Assembly (NCBI GenBank): GCA_964016885.1 | Contig: OZ024740.1 | Coordinates: forward strand, 306,032,001 to 306,096,000 | Origin: Eledone cirrhosa | Lineage: Eukaryota | DNA length: 64,000 bases | Direction of reading: 5' to 3' | Part shown: positions 13,661-26,495 of the stretch, piece by piece | How the letters are laid out: each line of letters starts with the position of its first letter | How positions within the stretch are numbered: position 1 is the first letter of the stretch | Position numbers and translations under genes: made by a program | Notes under the pieces: generated by a model | Told to the model about the DNA's origin: nothing | Databases searched by the model: none | What the model saw: the letters and a program-made list of their open reading frames with translations, nothing else

Positions 13661-14091
13661 AAACTGTAACAGCGTAAATATGAGAAATTGTTGATTCCGA
13701 CGTCAGAAAATGAAAGGAAAAGGAAACACTAAGACAAGTAAGAATAATTTCTTTCAAATTTTTGTAAATAAAACCAGCTTTTCATTAACATTGCAACTTT
13801 TTAAGCAGAAAAATCTTTCAGAACAAACAGTCAAGCATCCATAGAGATATAGAAAAAAGAATTTTGAAGTGGAGTGATTGGATAGCTATTAGTGAAAAAT
13901 GATTTGATATTTTCTTTGTGAAAATACTTGTGAAAAGACAAGTTTCATGTAAATCAGACCACGGGTTCCCGAGATACGCAGGTTTTTTCGGGTACCTTTA
14001 TAAGTAACCAAATCAGCGCATAATGGGAAAATTCTTTGAAAGTAAGGTACGATTGAAATGGGAATACAAACGCAGATAGTGGTTGTGAGAG

Positions 14092-14149
<58 letters not shown>

Positions 14150-14279
14150 ACCTGGTGGTGTTGTTGAATGAAATTATGACAGGTGACTTCAAAGAATTGA
14201 ATATACCATTACTGTATCTAGCTGGAATTTAGTGACTGAATATTAAGTTATATGTATCTTATAACTTGTGTTAGGACAG

Positions 14280-16920
14280 GATGTCTATAGAGGGAAAAAT
14301 AATGTGTCACTGAGGTCCCATCCCAGAAAGACATAGATTCCTTTTGGAGAAAAATATGGGGTGAAAAGAAGAATTTCAACCAAGATACAGTGTGGCTAAA
14401 AGAAATCCAAAAGAACTATTGCTCCTACACTACAACAAAAACATACGAAATAAGTGAGGGTACCCTTGAGACTGTGATAGGAAAACTCCAAGATAAGAAA
14501 ACACCAGGAAGAGACATGATTGTCGATTACTGGTACAAAAAACTGATATTCTATCGGAGGTATCTTACCGACCTCTACCAACAAGTTCTTAAGGGAGATA
14601 CACTTATACCAGAATGGTTTACATTAGCACAAACATTACTGGGCCCCAAGAACAAAGACACCCACCTGGCAAAAAAACTACCGACCCATTGCATGCCAGA
14701 ACCTGATGTATAAGATGTATACAGCCTGCCTGAACCTATTCATCCAAGATCACTGTGAAAATAATAACATCATCACAGAAGAACAAGCAGCTGGAAAGGA
14801 AGGGGTTTGGGGATGTGATGAACAACTCCTAATCAACAAAACTGCGATGTCGGAGGTGCGACAACATAGGAGGAATATGGCTACAGTCTGGCTGGACTAC
14901 AGGAAAGCTTTCGATTCTCTTCCCCACTCTTGGATGATAGAGGCCTTCCGACTTGCTAAAGTCCCAGACATTTTATCAGAGCCATAGAGAAGCTGTCTTC
15001 TTCTTGGGCTACTATCCTAAAGTTAAAGACAGAGAAGGAGGACTCTATTTTCACTGATAAAATAAAATATCGCAGGAGTATATTTCAGGGAGACAGTCTC
15101 TCTGTGATATTATTCATCCTGTCATTAAACCCCTTGTCCTTTCTGCTCAAGAAATGTGAAGGATACATCATTGGCTCACAGGAGGACAGAAATATGAACC
15201 TACCCCATAATTTCTTTGTGGATGATCTGAAACTCTATGCCAAGAACATGAATGGGATGAAGAAAAATCTTGACCTAGTTACAACGTTCTCAAAGGATAT
15301 AGGAATGGAGTTGGCCAAGATAAATGCTCATATATGACTGTAAAGCGGGGAAAAACAACAACCCAATCTAGCAACGTTTGTATCAATGGCCTAACTGTTT
15401 CACCAATATCTGATGAGGACTGCTACAGATACCTGGGGATAGATGAGAACATATCATATAATGGAACGCGTAACCAGGAAATACTACAGCCGATTAAGAA
15501 AGATATGGTCATCGGAACTCTCTGCGCAAAACAAAAACAGTGGCTCACAATATGTTTGCTGTACCTGTCCTAACACCAACTTTTGGAATATTCAATTGGA
15601 CGATAGACGAAATCCGAGCGATTGATGTTAGAACTCGAAAAATACTAAACACCACCGGAAACTTCCACATCAACAGTGACATAGACCGCCCTTACTTGAA
15701 ACGTAAGCAGGGAGGCAGAGGCCTAACATCAGTCCAGACAGCATTTGAATGTCGCATCATATCCCTCCGACAGCATCTACGAACCTCAAAGCGTAGGAGC
15801 CCGTCTCTCGAGCAAGTCTATCTGCATGAAACAGATAAGATCATGAGAGTTGGGAAGGAACTCCTCGAGAGGTATTCCCTATGTGATAATCAAAAACTCA
15901 CACCCAGGGAAGTCGCTCGGCAGTATCGCAGTGAATCCATGGATGAAAAACTGCATGCTTATCAGCAAAAAATCATGCATGGATATGTTGCCAGGAAGAT
16001 CCAGAGTGAGAGTAATATAGATAAAGAAAGTAGTCTATCTTAGACAAACAACCGCTATATTGGCTCCCACTTTTGCAATTCAAGAACAGGAAATCAACAC
16101 GAAATACCTGATTCACAAAAGAGATAGGGATGCAGGCAAAACACCTAGATGTGATAACAAGAGCAGATTCTGCAGAATTAACATCGAAGATATCACCCAT
16201 GTCATAAGCAGCTGTCCAAAGATGTCATCGCGGTACTATCTACCTATGAGGCATGATGTAGTGGCCAAAACACTGTACAATGCAATCCGTAGCAATGTGG
16301 AAGACATACATATACATAATATGAAAGAGTACTGGTGGAATGTTCCAGTAAAAACCCCAATAAAATGCAGGCATAACAGACCAGATATTATGATATGGGA
16401 CAGGGAAAAGAAGTCATGCACAGTAGTGGAAGTTAGCTGTCCAGCAGATGCCAATATAATATCAAAGATTAGCAAAAAGGAGAATATTTATACAGAACTG
16501 ATGAGAAATCTGCAGATACTCCACCCTGATTATACCTTCAGATTTATGCGTGTGATTATTGGGGCACTGGGATATGTTAGTAACTGCCTCAATACAAATC
16601 TTGAGAAGCTGGGCTTCACAGGAACAGAAAGAACACAACTAGTTAGGAAATTACAAGTACAATCAATTACTGGATCAGTAAAAATATGTAAAACATTTCA
16701 AACATTTTGCATCTAATAACTGCATATACACATGTACAGATACTAAGCATATACACATGCACACATACAACTCAAAACATCCACATCCACACATACAATA
16801 ACATCCATATCTACACATGCATGCATGCAGACATGCATACATATCTACCTAGTTGATGTGTAAATTCCAATGAGAGAGTCTTGTGTCTATGTTAGAAACC
16901 GACTCTCTCTCTATTGGCAA
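14280..16920 (+). mobile_element. R4/Dong-clade LINE, RT and REL endonuclease, decayed
   Basis: KKTPGRD, WLDYRKAFDSLPH, FQGDSLS, FVDDLKLY, YRYLG, GGRGL, then CCHC knuckle, RHD, RPDI and VVEVSCP. The 3' UTR runs into an AC-rich repeat. Confidence 0.9.
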
Positions 16921-18169
16921 ACATTTGTGAAATTATAAAACCAGAAGAACATACATACATGCATACATACATACACACACATATATTCATACACACATAC
17001 ATACATACACACATACATACATACACACACATACTCACACACATACACACACATACATACACACACATACACACATACACACACATACATACATACATAC
17101 ATACATACATACATACATACATACATACGTACATACACACATACACACATATGTCTGCTGACAAACTCACCACTAACTGTTAGTTTTAACCTTCAAAAGC
17201 TCTACATATAACCTCCCAGTTTGTGAAGTCTAATAAAACGACACTCATCTTCCTCCTCTCTTTTTTTCCTTTTCATCACTCATTCTTCTCTCTTTCTCCC
17301 CCCCCCCCTCTCTCTTGTGTCGCTCTGTTTATTTCTCCCGCTGTCTCCCACTTACACCCATGTGTCTTTCCCACACGTGGTAAAATATGAAAATGGAGAG
17401 ATTAACAGGTAAATTATTGCCAAATGTAAGCTGACTAACGAGCATAAAATTCGATAGAAAACATTGATTTAAGAATTTAGAAAGCAAACGAAGTATAACT
17501 GCTGTGCCTGAGACACATTGCAATATTTATGTGTGAAACCTACTTATTTATCAAGCATGAGAGGTGGAGTAACTATGAAATCACAGCTTTTAAATAGTAT
17601 TGAGCCAATACACATTGGTTTCACAGTAATTTAGTAGATTATCGCCAACACGTATACTTAATCAAACACACTAAATATCAGCTTCCATATGTCCATTGTC
17701 AGACCCGACTAAAACTTATGGTGTATTCCAATTATCAGTTTAATATTCTGCCGATCCCGATGTTAAACATATTCGATTAATATTTTAGAATTATCATAGA
17801 CGTGTCGTAGTGAATGTAACACGCCTAGGAAGTCTGATCTCTTCGAATTGGTACAATAAGATGATCTCTGTGGTGCTGGTGTCACGATAAAAACCACAAC
17901 TCCAATTTTCTTTTCTAGGTCATAAGCTTACCACACAGTCTGGTTAAATACCGTTCTCTTGGCGCACTGTTTCTCACTGTACTTTTTATTGTTTGTCACT
18001 ATTTATCAGAAAACATGGATAGAAAAGATTTCCCGTCGGAGTTTGTCAGAGAAGAGAAAGGTTTAGCCCGTGTGTAACGGACGGCTTCCCATTCAACAAA
18101 ATCCTGCATCCTTTGATTTCCCAGTTTTCGACTGGAGCCCCAGCAAATATAGGATCTCGAAAAGCCCGC

Positions 18170-18930
18170 CTGCAAACAGGGACATCCAACTAAGCTACTT
18201 ACAGAGATTGAAGTAGTGATTATCTACAAATCATGAGTCGTGATCTCTTCCTCACCTGCCAAATTAAAACTGAGAATGATGACTAAAATATTGGTACCCC
18301 AAACCCATTAAATAAATTTATGAACATTCGTGGGGTTTAGTTCAACTTTGACACAAACCATATAAACTACTTTTCTCTGAGACCAACAAATTTAAACTCT
18401 TTTAAGTTGGAATGCATAGTGCAGCTTCGAGAGTAGAGGACTGTCCATGCTACACTGGACGTTCCAACATTGCTTGGAATGATGGTGTCTGTGTGCATGT
18501 AGACTCCACTCTTCACATCCCTCGCCTCTCTCATTTGGATATCAGCAATAAGGACTTCCATTTACTCAGGATCAAAGTCTCTTCTTCTTTGTACCTCTAA
18601 ATTTATCTGATACTTTATCGCTCACCGAACATCTCTAAACATTAATGACCACCTCGCATTGAGGACATCTATATAACTTCATCTTCCTCCTCCCAAGTCC
18701 TCGGCGACTTCAATGTTTAACAACACTTCATGACTTCTGTACTCTTCCTCAGGTTACTAATTCCGAGGCCTAATTTTTTATTATCTTGAACTTTTGCGAC
18801 AGTTACTATTATCAGCCATATATATCCCTGATTGACACACAAACATCCTAAATACTCTTCTTCTCTCTCACTTACCGCCAAATCCATACTTTACCATCTG
18901 TGCTCTTGCTAGGTCATTCAACTACCGCAT
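18170..18930 (+). mobile_element. Highly decayed APE-endonuclease LINE fragment
   Basis: Traces of NIRG, SET, (G)GVCVHV and GDFN motifs across frames. Confidence 0.45.
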
Positions 18931-19382
18931 ATCTAAAGATGCACGTAATAGATTATGAAGAGCAAGGGTCTAAAATAATCCTCATAATTATGTATTTTTA
19001 AATCCCTCATACAACAAAAGTTCATAATCCTCAATCTCGAAGTAGTTCTCACACAACTGGACTGTGGAACAGTAAGTGAAGAACGCATCCTATTAGGAGA
19101 CTTTTACCAATCGGTGCAACTCCCTCGACACTCAACCGAAAATGAAATATATCTGTGTGCATTGAACAAACTATAAGTTCACCTGCTACCTAGATTGCAG
19201 TCGTTCATTTTATATATATACAATCCTTTTTGTTATTGCATTTCTTGTTTTTTGCCATAGCAAGCCGTTCTGGTAGCATCTAGAGTTTGAATATTTTACC
19301 GTTTTCAAAGTGATATACATATATATATATAAAACGAAATAGCCGTCGAATCGGCTTGAGCTCTGCCGTCGGGGTTAAACTT

Positions 19383-19458
<76 letters not shown>

Positions 19459-19874
19459 TGTGTGTGTGTGTTTGATTTCACTAAAATAAACGAAGGTGGA
19501 TGTTTTCTGACAGTTAGGGATTTTCTCTTCAGATACTTTGTAAATAATGACTTTTACATCAACACCGAAAAGATACGCCCGAAAAGAAAAAAAAATACGG
19601 GACATTAAAAAAAGCAACACTTGCAACAAAATGAATGAAGGAAACTGTTTGTTTTTTTTCACAAGATTCTCATGGAAAAAATATTGACCTAATTAAATAA
19701 AAAAATGATAGTGAATTCATTAGCACTAATGGTTGCATACATATACGTATGATGTCAGCTTCAGTGAGCAAATGTGTTGTCAAGTCAAAAAAGTGTTGTC
19801 TGCCTCTTTCTAACATCCATTAGAAAATGTTAGTAGCAGTATCTTTAAGACATGGAGAAAGACTGGTTATTCTC

Positions 19875-20650
19875 TCATTTAATCGACAGAATGTTTCGAA
19901 GAATATGTGTTGTCCCTAAAAGCACTGATTTCTGAAGAGTACTCACCTCGTACTCTATGTTGAGTTTTATTAAATGTTTATGGAAATCTAGTTGGATTAA
20001 TCTCAAAACGCCAATGAACATAGGCATGAAGCGTATCTCTTTATTCCACATCCTGGTTATTTCCCCGCAACACTCAGAATAATTTCCTAACATATCATTT
20101 CTCTTTCCGCCATATTGGTGTCCACTGGACGGTCTATATCAATTTAGAAGCCTTTATTTGCCGTTTTTTCAATCATTGCACTGTCAGGTCGTCGGAGTTT
20201 AATCTCTCTATCCATTTGAATGCTCATATTCCACAATATCTTCACATTTTCTACAACAGATTCTGGTTTGTGCTAGTACCATTTTTCCACAACACTTTAT
20301 ATTCCTTGCACATTATCCTATACATATCAGCACAAATCTAGTCAAGCTTCCTTTTTCATTCTTTGTGTGCAAATGTTTCACAACCGCTGACAGTATGTAA
20401 CACATTCTTCACATAAATCCCCAACAATCTGCATTTGTTTGACACATATATTTTGTAAATTCCCCTCTTTACTGCATTGGTATTTAGGGCCTATTCTTGA
20501 GTTGCTAGAAGTAAGCTTTCTGTTTCTCCTTCTTAACCAGTTCTATATCTCGCACCATTTTTGGTTTTCTGTGTCTCTTTCAAACTGAACTCTTTTTATT
20601 TTCCACTCTTTGCTTTGTAAGTTTCCTTGTTTTCAATACTATCTTTACAG
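19875..20650 (-). mobile_element. R4/Dong-like LINE 3' fragment
   Basis: RRPD-like motif and the C-terminal LQKSVLLGTTHILR. Confidence 0.7.
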
Positions 20651-20789
20651 CATGTACTAGGAGCGTTTCGTTGTGATTCAGACACTACCGCTTTATAGGG
20701 TAAGACTGGGTGCTTTTTATCATGGCACCAGCACTACTGCTTTCAGAATGAACTAAGTGCTTTTTTATTGTGGCACCAGTAATACAACC

Positions 20790-23220
20790 GAGATTCTGAA
20801 TGCCCTAGCCGGCTGCACGAGGCGTAAGTCACCCGGTTTGGATGGTCTTCCCTACGAGCTTTACGTAGATATGCCAGGCTTATTCTCCGATCTCCTCGAA
20901 ACACTATACTGCAACTAGCAGCAGAACGGTGTATTCCCAATTCTGTGAGCCGGGGCGTAGTGATGCTGATAAGGAAAGACGAGAACAAGAGGGACACATT
21001 AGATAACTTCAGGCCCATAACTCTGCTAAACACAAAGTTTAAGATTTTTGCCAAGGTGTTAGCAAAGAGATTGGCGCTTGTCGTCGAAGATTTAGTTGGG
21101 GAGGCGCAAACTTGCGCAATCCCAACCAGGTCCATACACGACAACCTCCACTTCATGCGATACATCATAGAGAAGGTAGGGTGTAAACCTAGCTTCAGTG
21201 GGACTTTGATCAATTTAGATTAATCGAAAGCTTTCGATAGGGTCGACCATCGATACCTGGAGGTTGTCCTCAAGGCGGCTGGCTTCGGCCCGGTCTTCAG
21301 AAGCTGGATCGCTGCAATGCACAGCGGCATCTGCTCGGTAGTCAAAGTGAATGGCCACCTCTCAGAACCGTTTCAAATCTCCCGATCGGTCCGTCAAAAG
21401 TGTGATCGCTCATCTCCCTTCTGTACGCATTGACTCTCGAGCCTTTACGCGGAAGCTGGAGCTGTTGCAGGGCATCCCGCTCTAACCGGGTCGCGGAAAG
21501 GCTGTATCGGCTTATGCGGACATCACCGTGATAGTGTCGAACACCTCGGAAATCGAAGTGGTCGACACCTTCTTGGAGGAATATGAAAGGTTGACGGGAG
21601 CAAAACTAAACCTGGAAAAGTCGGTGGGCTTGCAACTTGGCACCTGGAGAGGCAAGTCCATGCCGTTCAACAGTGTCATCGGGCGCTGGATGGACAGAGC
21701 GGTATATTTGCTCGGGGTCTGGTTCGGACCAAACGTCCAGGTGGATAAAAATTGGGACGCAGTGACAATCAGGGTGGCCACTCTCACCCAGAAATAGGCT
21801 GAGAGGAAGCTGTCCCTGAAAAGTCGGGTGGGGGAGAGGTTTCGAACGCTTACATCGCATCTGTCATCTACCTGACCGTCGTACCTTGCCCACGTTCTCG
21901 CCTCGCCAAATTGGAACGGCTCCTCTTCCACTTCTTGTGTGTGTGGGGTGGGGGAGGGTGTGGGTGTGGGTGCGGGGGGGGGGCATCTGCTGCCAGCACC
22001 CTCTATGCGCTGGGCATGCCGTGGCTAATGATGCGCAAACATGCGCTGATACTGCGGTATCTCTAGATATTCTGCCTAAACGGCGAACAGGTGTGGTCGC
22101 CGTTGTGAGACAGGCCTTTCCGCAGATCGTCTCTTTGACTGAGATATAGTCCTGAGTCAAGAAGAGACCGAGACTAGACGCCTGGAATCTGGAATGTTGC
22201 CAGGTGCTCACTACCCTCTACTAGGTGGGCAATGCGGTCAGTGGAACTTCCACTTTCAAGGTCTGTAGAGGATTGGTAGTGGGCAAGTGCAATTACGCAC
22301 TCGGAGAGCCTCTGGCCGTCGACAAAGTCGAATTGACCAGTCCATTCCGGAGGACTTTCGATCCAAAGACTATGGATAACTTCCAGAAATCCCTGGCTTG
22401 ACAGTGCTACTGGAGGGCATTGCCAGTTCTAGATAAACCCTACAGTGTCCGTGCATTACTGATTTGTGGAGTTATGTCGAACAGCTGTTGTCGTGTATAG
22501 AACAGATCCAGCTATAGACCGAGTCTATAGTGTAGATCGCCCCGCCGCCTTCTGTTGGCCGGGAAGGAAAGGCAATTTTTCTGTCTGGTGACAGTATCGA
22601 AAGAGGTTGCGTTGTGGTGAAAGGACTGAAGAGAGACACTTTTCTCTTCGGACATTCCCTCATCGACTTTCATCGAGTTTCATTTGGAAAGGAAGGTGAG
22701 GGTGGAGAGAGAAGTGTCCCCCCCCTCCCCGTACATTTACTAAAAGGCGGGTGGAAGTGGCGAGAATGACCCATGTGAATGGGCCTACTCTGAGCATGTG
22801 CCTGTAGGCTGGTTAATTTGATGGTGAGAAGGAAGCCCTTTTCGGGTGCCCTCGAAGCGTCGGGTGGTTCAGGATTGGTAGCTGAGTTGCCTCTGGGTGG
22901 CTCGCCCCCACCCCCTTATTGGGGAATCTATTTTGTTATATTTACCGTATTTCCCGGCGCCGAAGATGCTTCATCCTCGAGGACGCACCCTAATTTTGAC
23001 AACCAAAAATTTGAAAAAGAATAATAAACAGCCTTCAGCCTCCAGGATGCTTGATAGATTTTTTTAGACTTATTTTAGGAAATACGGTAGGAAATACGGT
23101 ATATATGTTCATTGTTAATTGTTTTTGTTATTGTGTATTTTTACTCAATTTTATTGTAAACCCCCATTGTCCCTGACTTTGTATTGTCCCCTATATGTCG
23201 GCCCTTGTGGTCAATAAATG
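20790..23220 (+). mobile_element. L1/Tx1-clade LINE ORF2, decayed
   Basis: KSPGLDGLPYE, NFRPITLLN.K.KIFAK, KAFDRVDH, AYADIT, GAKLNLEKS. The 3' UTR ends in AATAAA. Confidence 0.85.
22943..23101. mobile_element. Tc1/mariner (pogo-like) MITE nested in the Tx1 3' UTR
   Basis: TACCGTATTTCC ... GGAAATACGGTA terminal repeats, with the right end duplicated. Confidence 0.65.
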
Positions 23221-23380
23221 AAACCATTATTATTATTTTTTTTTTACTTGATGTTACACTCATTGATGTTATTCAACCGGAATAATGAATATCAAGCTGC
23301 CACCCAAAGTGTTATTCCGTTTAGATGTTTTGTTTCTCTATTACCGGGTTCATGCCTTGAACCTTGGGCAATAGAGGTTT

Positions 23381-23680
23381 TCATTGTAAAGAGAGAACTC
23401 GTTTGAGAATGTGTGCTGTTTCTAGTAGCCCGATCTTCAGTAACTTATATTTGCTGATCTTGCGGAGAAAGACGCTAAGGTGAGGGTCTGATGATTTGGG
23501 TATTAATACTAAGGCTCCTATTACCACAGGGATAGTCTCTGTGGCCATCCTCCACATGCAGTTGATCTCTATTTCCAAGTATTTGTACTTTATCAGTTTC
23601 TCCATTGTTTTACAGATGTAGGCTTTTTGTTGCATGTGAGAGCACAAAATACACATCACCCGACGCAAAAGGTTTGGAAC
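23381..23680 (-). mobile_element. R4/Dong-like LINE 3' fragment
   Basis: KYKYLEIEI..MW..TETIPVVIGAL...LLETAHILKRVL. Confidence 0.7.
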
Positions 23681-23984
23681 AACTGAGATGAGATTTGCCA
23701 CCGTGGACGAGACTAAATCCCACTCCCTCGCGACTTTGAGGAGCGAAGAATTGATATTCGTGCCCTCGTAATGCCACTAAAAGTTGGCCAAAGTCGGGGT
23801 GACACAAGTGCCACCCGAAATAACCTTTCCTTGGCTAAAAGCAGCCGTCACTTCTGACATCGAGTATCAAACCACCATAAAATAAGGAAAGAAAACTTGT
23901 ACGGAATGGGGATGGAGCTCCTCATCCAAAACAACAAACCCTCGGCTCCTCCCCCGAGATGATTGTTAGGCGCCATCCCAAACA

Positions 23985-25700
23985 GATTAATCGAGAGCTT
24001 TCGATAGGGTAAACCATGGCGGCTGTCCTAGAACGGCCGGTTTCGGTCCCGGCTTCAGGGGATGAATCGCTGCAATGTACAGTAACATCTGCTCAATGGT
24101 CTGAGTGAATGGTCTCCTATCATTTTCCCCGTCTGTCATGGATGTCTCTTCTCGTCTCTTTTCTAGAGTCATTACTGCATAATTTGGAAGCGTTGAAAAG
24201 CATCCCGCGCGAGCAAGGATGCAGAAAATCCTTGTCAGCAGATGCCGACAACGTCACCGTAGTGGTGTTGAGCCGCATGCATATCGAAGTGATCGGCATC
24301 GATCTCAGGGAGTACGAGACGATGACGGGAGAAAAGGTTAACTAGAAAAAGTAGGTAGGTCTACGGCTCAGCACATGGAGAGGCAGGTTCATGCAGCCCA
24401 ACAGCAACGTCAGGTTGTAGGCCGGCGGTCCGATTAAATTGCTCGGGGTCTGATTCCGTCCAGAGCTCCGGTTGAACAAAAACTGGGATGAAGTAACGGT
24501 CAGCGTGGCCCCACTCTTACCCAGAAACTAGCCAAAAGGAAAGTACCCCCGAAATATCGGGCAGATGTGGTGAATGTGTACATCATATCTATCATCTACT
24601 ACCGACTGACCTGTCCACGTTTGGTCACGCTGAAGCACCAGCTCTTTCACTTTTTGTGAAAGAGACGCGTTCCAATGGTCCGGCTGTTCATTTACTATCA
24701 ACACATGTTGAGTGGAGGACTGGGCATGCCGTGGCTGATGATGCGCAAGCATATGCTGAGGCTGCGACACCCCTAGCATTTCCTGAACAGGTGTGGTTGC
24801 TGTTATCCCAACATGTGTTTCCCCACCTTATCTTGATGAAGCTGCAGTCCTGTATCACGCAAAGACAGAGAGGGAGTACTTGGCCATTGGAATATCGTCA
24901 AACGCTTACAGCCCTGCACCAGTAGGGTACTACGATCAGTGGAAATTCCAGGCAGATTAGAGGCGGAGAAAAGTGACGAAAATATTGGGAAGACTCTAGG
25001 CATCGAAGACGATCAACTAACCGCTATCTCCTGAGTGACGTTCGGTTCAGGGCCGATAGGTACATTCTAGAAATCCCTGGCAGTACTTCCTGGCGGGTGG
25101 GGAGTAGCCGGTTCGAGATAAGCTCTACAGGCGCGGAAGTGCCGTCAGCTGGGCCTGTCAGAGATGCGTGCGGGATGACAAAACCATCCTACACGCACAC
25201 ATCCAGTTTGCATTGTTGACTTGTTGAATTATGTCGAACAGCTACTGACACGGTAGAACGGATCTTTATTGGTTGAGTCTATCGTGAAGATAGTCTCACC
25301 AACTTCCTTTAGTTGAGAAGAAAGGAAGTTTTTATCTGTTTGGAAGCAATGGCGAAATATTTGTGGTGGATACGATTAAAAGGGTTGAGGAAAGACATTA
25401 ACTTTTTCGGGTTTCACTTGAAAAGGAAAATTAGAACGAAGAGGAAAGTGCTCCCTTCCAGCCAGTTTGTTGAAAAGTGGAGAAGAATGATGAGCATGCT
25501 CCGAGTGAATGGAGCTGCTCAAAGTATGTGCCTGTAGATATACAAGGAGGGGGCACACTTGCCCTAGCGGTCAAGGTGGTTCAAGCCTTTTGTGAGCTTT
25601 CACCACAAATGATCTTCGTATGTCACCCCACTATAAAAAAAAAAAAAAAAGCCCACACTATCATTTTGCATCGTTCTGTCCTCCTAAATGTTTTCTTCTT
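23985..25700 (+). mobile_element. Second decayed L1/Tx1 LINE of the same family
   Basis: Colinear with 21220-22830 (AFDRVNH, ADADNV, GLGMPWL) and the same C-terminus. Confidence 0.8.
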
Positions 25701-25751
25701 GCGAATCGTTTGCGATTAATTAAAACAAAAAAAAACAAAACATTATTATAT

Positions 25752-25935
25752 GGCCGTGGATTAGCAGAACGTTGAACAAAATTCTTTGTTTTATATCTCC
25801 TGGCTTTTGCATTTTGAGTTCAAATGCCATCAAGGACAACTTAGCCTTTTATCCTTCTGTGGTCGATACAAATAAAGTGCCAGTCAAGTACCACGTCGTC
25901 GGTTTAATCGACTAACACTGCCTCCCAAATTTGAA
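25752..25935 (+). mobile_element. SINE copy
   Basis: Diverged SINE core TGAGTTCAAAT...GCCTTTTATCC...GTCGATA. Confidence 0.6.
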
Positions 25936-26280
25936 AATATTGCTGTTAATAATAATAATAATAACAATAACAACAACAATAATAACAGCAAAAGCAACAA
26001 CAAAAACAACAATAATGATACTGATTTCATTTATTAGCCACAAGGGCCGACATGTAGGATGATAATAACAATAGTAATAATAATAATGATAATGATAATA
26101 ATAATTGTTGCAGCAGACTGTTTCAATGAAAACAAACATGGGTGGGGCGTTACAGACCTTCATATTTGCAGCGGATTATATTATTTTAGTTTTTGTTTTG
26201 TTTGTTTATTATACTTTTAATCTACTTAGATAAGATTATTGATAGAAATGCAGCTTGAATTATTATTATTGTTGTTATTT

Positions 26281-26390
26281 GATTGGTTAGCCAATCAAAG
26301 AATAACTGTCACTCTGTTTTGTATGTTAAGCTAAGAGAGAAGAATATTTACTATTGCATGATCAGATAGTCGTCCGAGTTAGACCGTAGA
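26281..26390 (+). promoter_or_regulatory. Candidate promoter with paired inverted CCAAT boxes
   Basis: GATTGG-TTAG-CCAATC about 200 bp upstream of ATG 26496, and TAGACCGT at 26380. Confidence 0.35.
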
Positions 26391-26495
26391 CATATCAACA
26401 CAGCAATCACTTACTTAGCAACATTTTAAGACAACAACAAAAATAGCTAAGCAAGCAAACAAAGTTAAAACAAAGTAAACACTCATTTCACCAGC

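Larger units (their letters stand above)
7520..14070 (+). mobile_element. Decayed autonomous-type Helitron
   Basis: 5' A|TCTATCTATATACTACTAAAA start and a fragmented Rep-helicase coding region. No canonical hairpin+CTRR 3' end found, so the right boundary is approximate. Confidence 0.85.

Noticed and set aside
14215-14225. CTAG as the 3' end of the large Helitron
   Set aside because: There is no GC-rich hairpin upstream and it is not followed by T.
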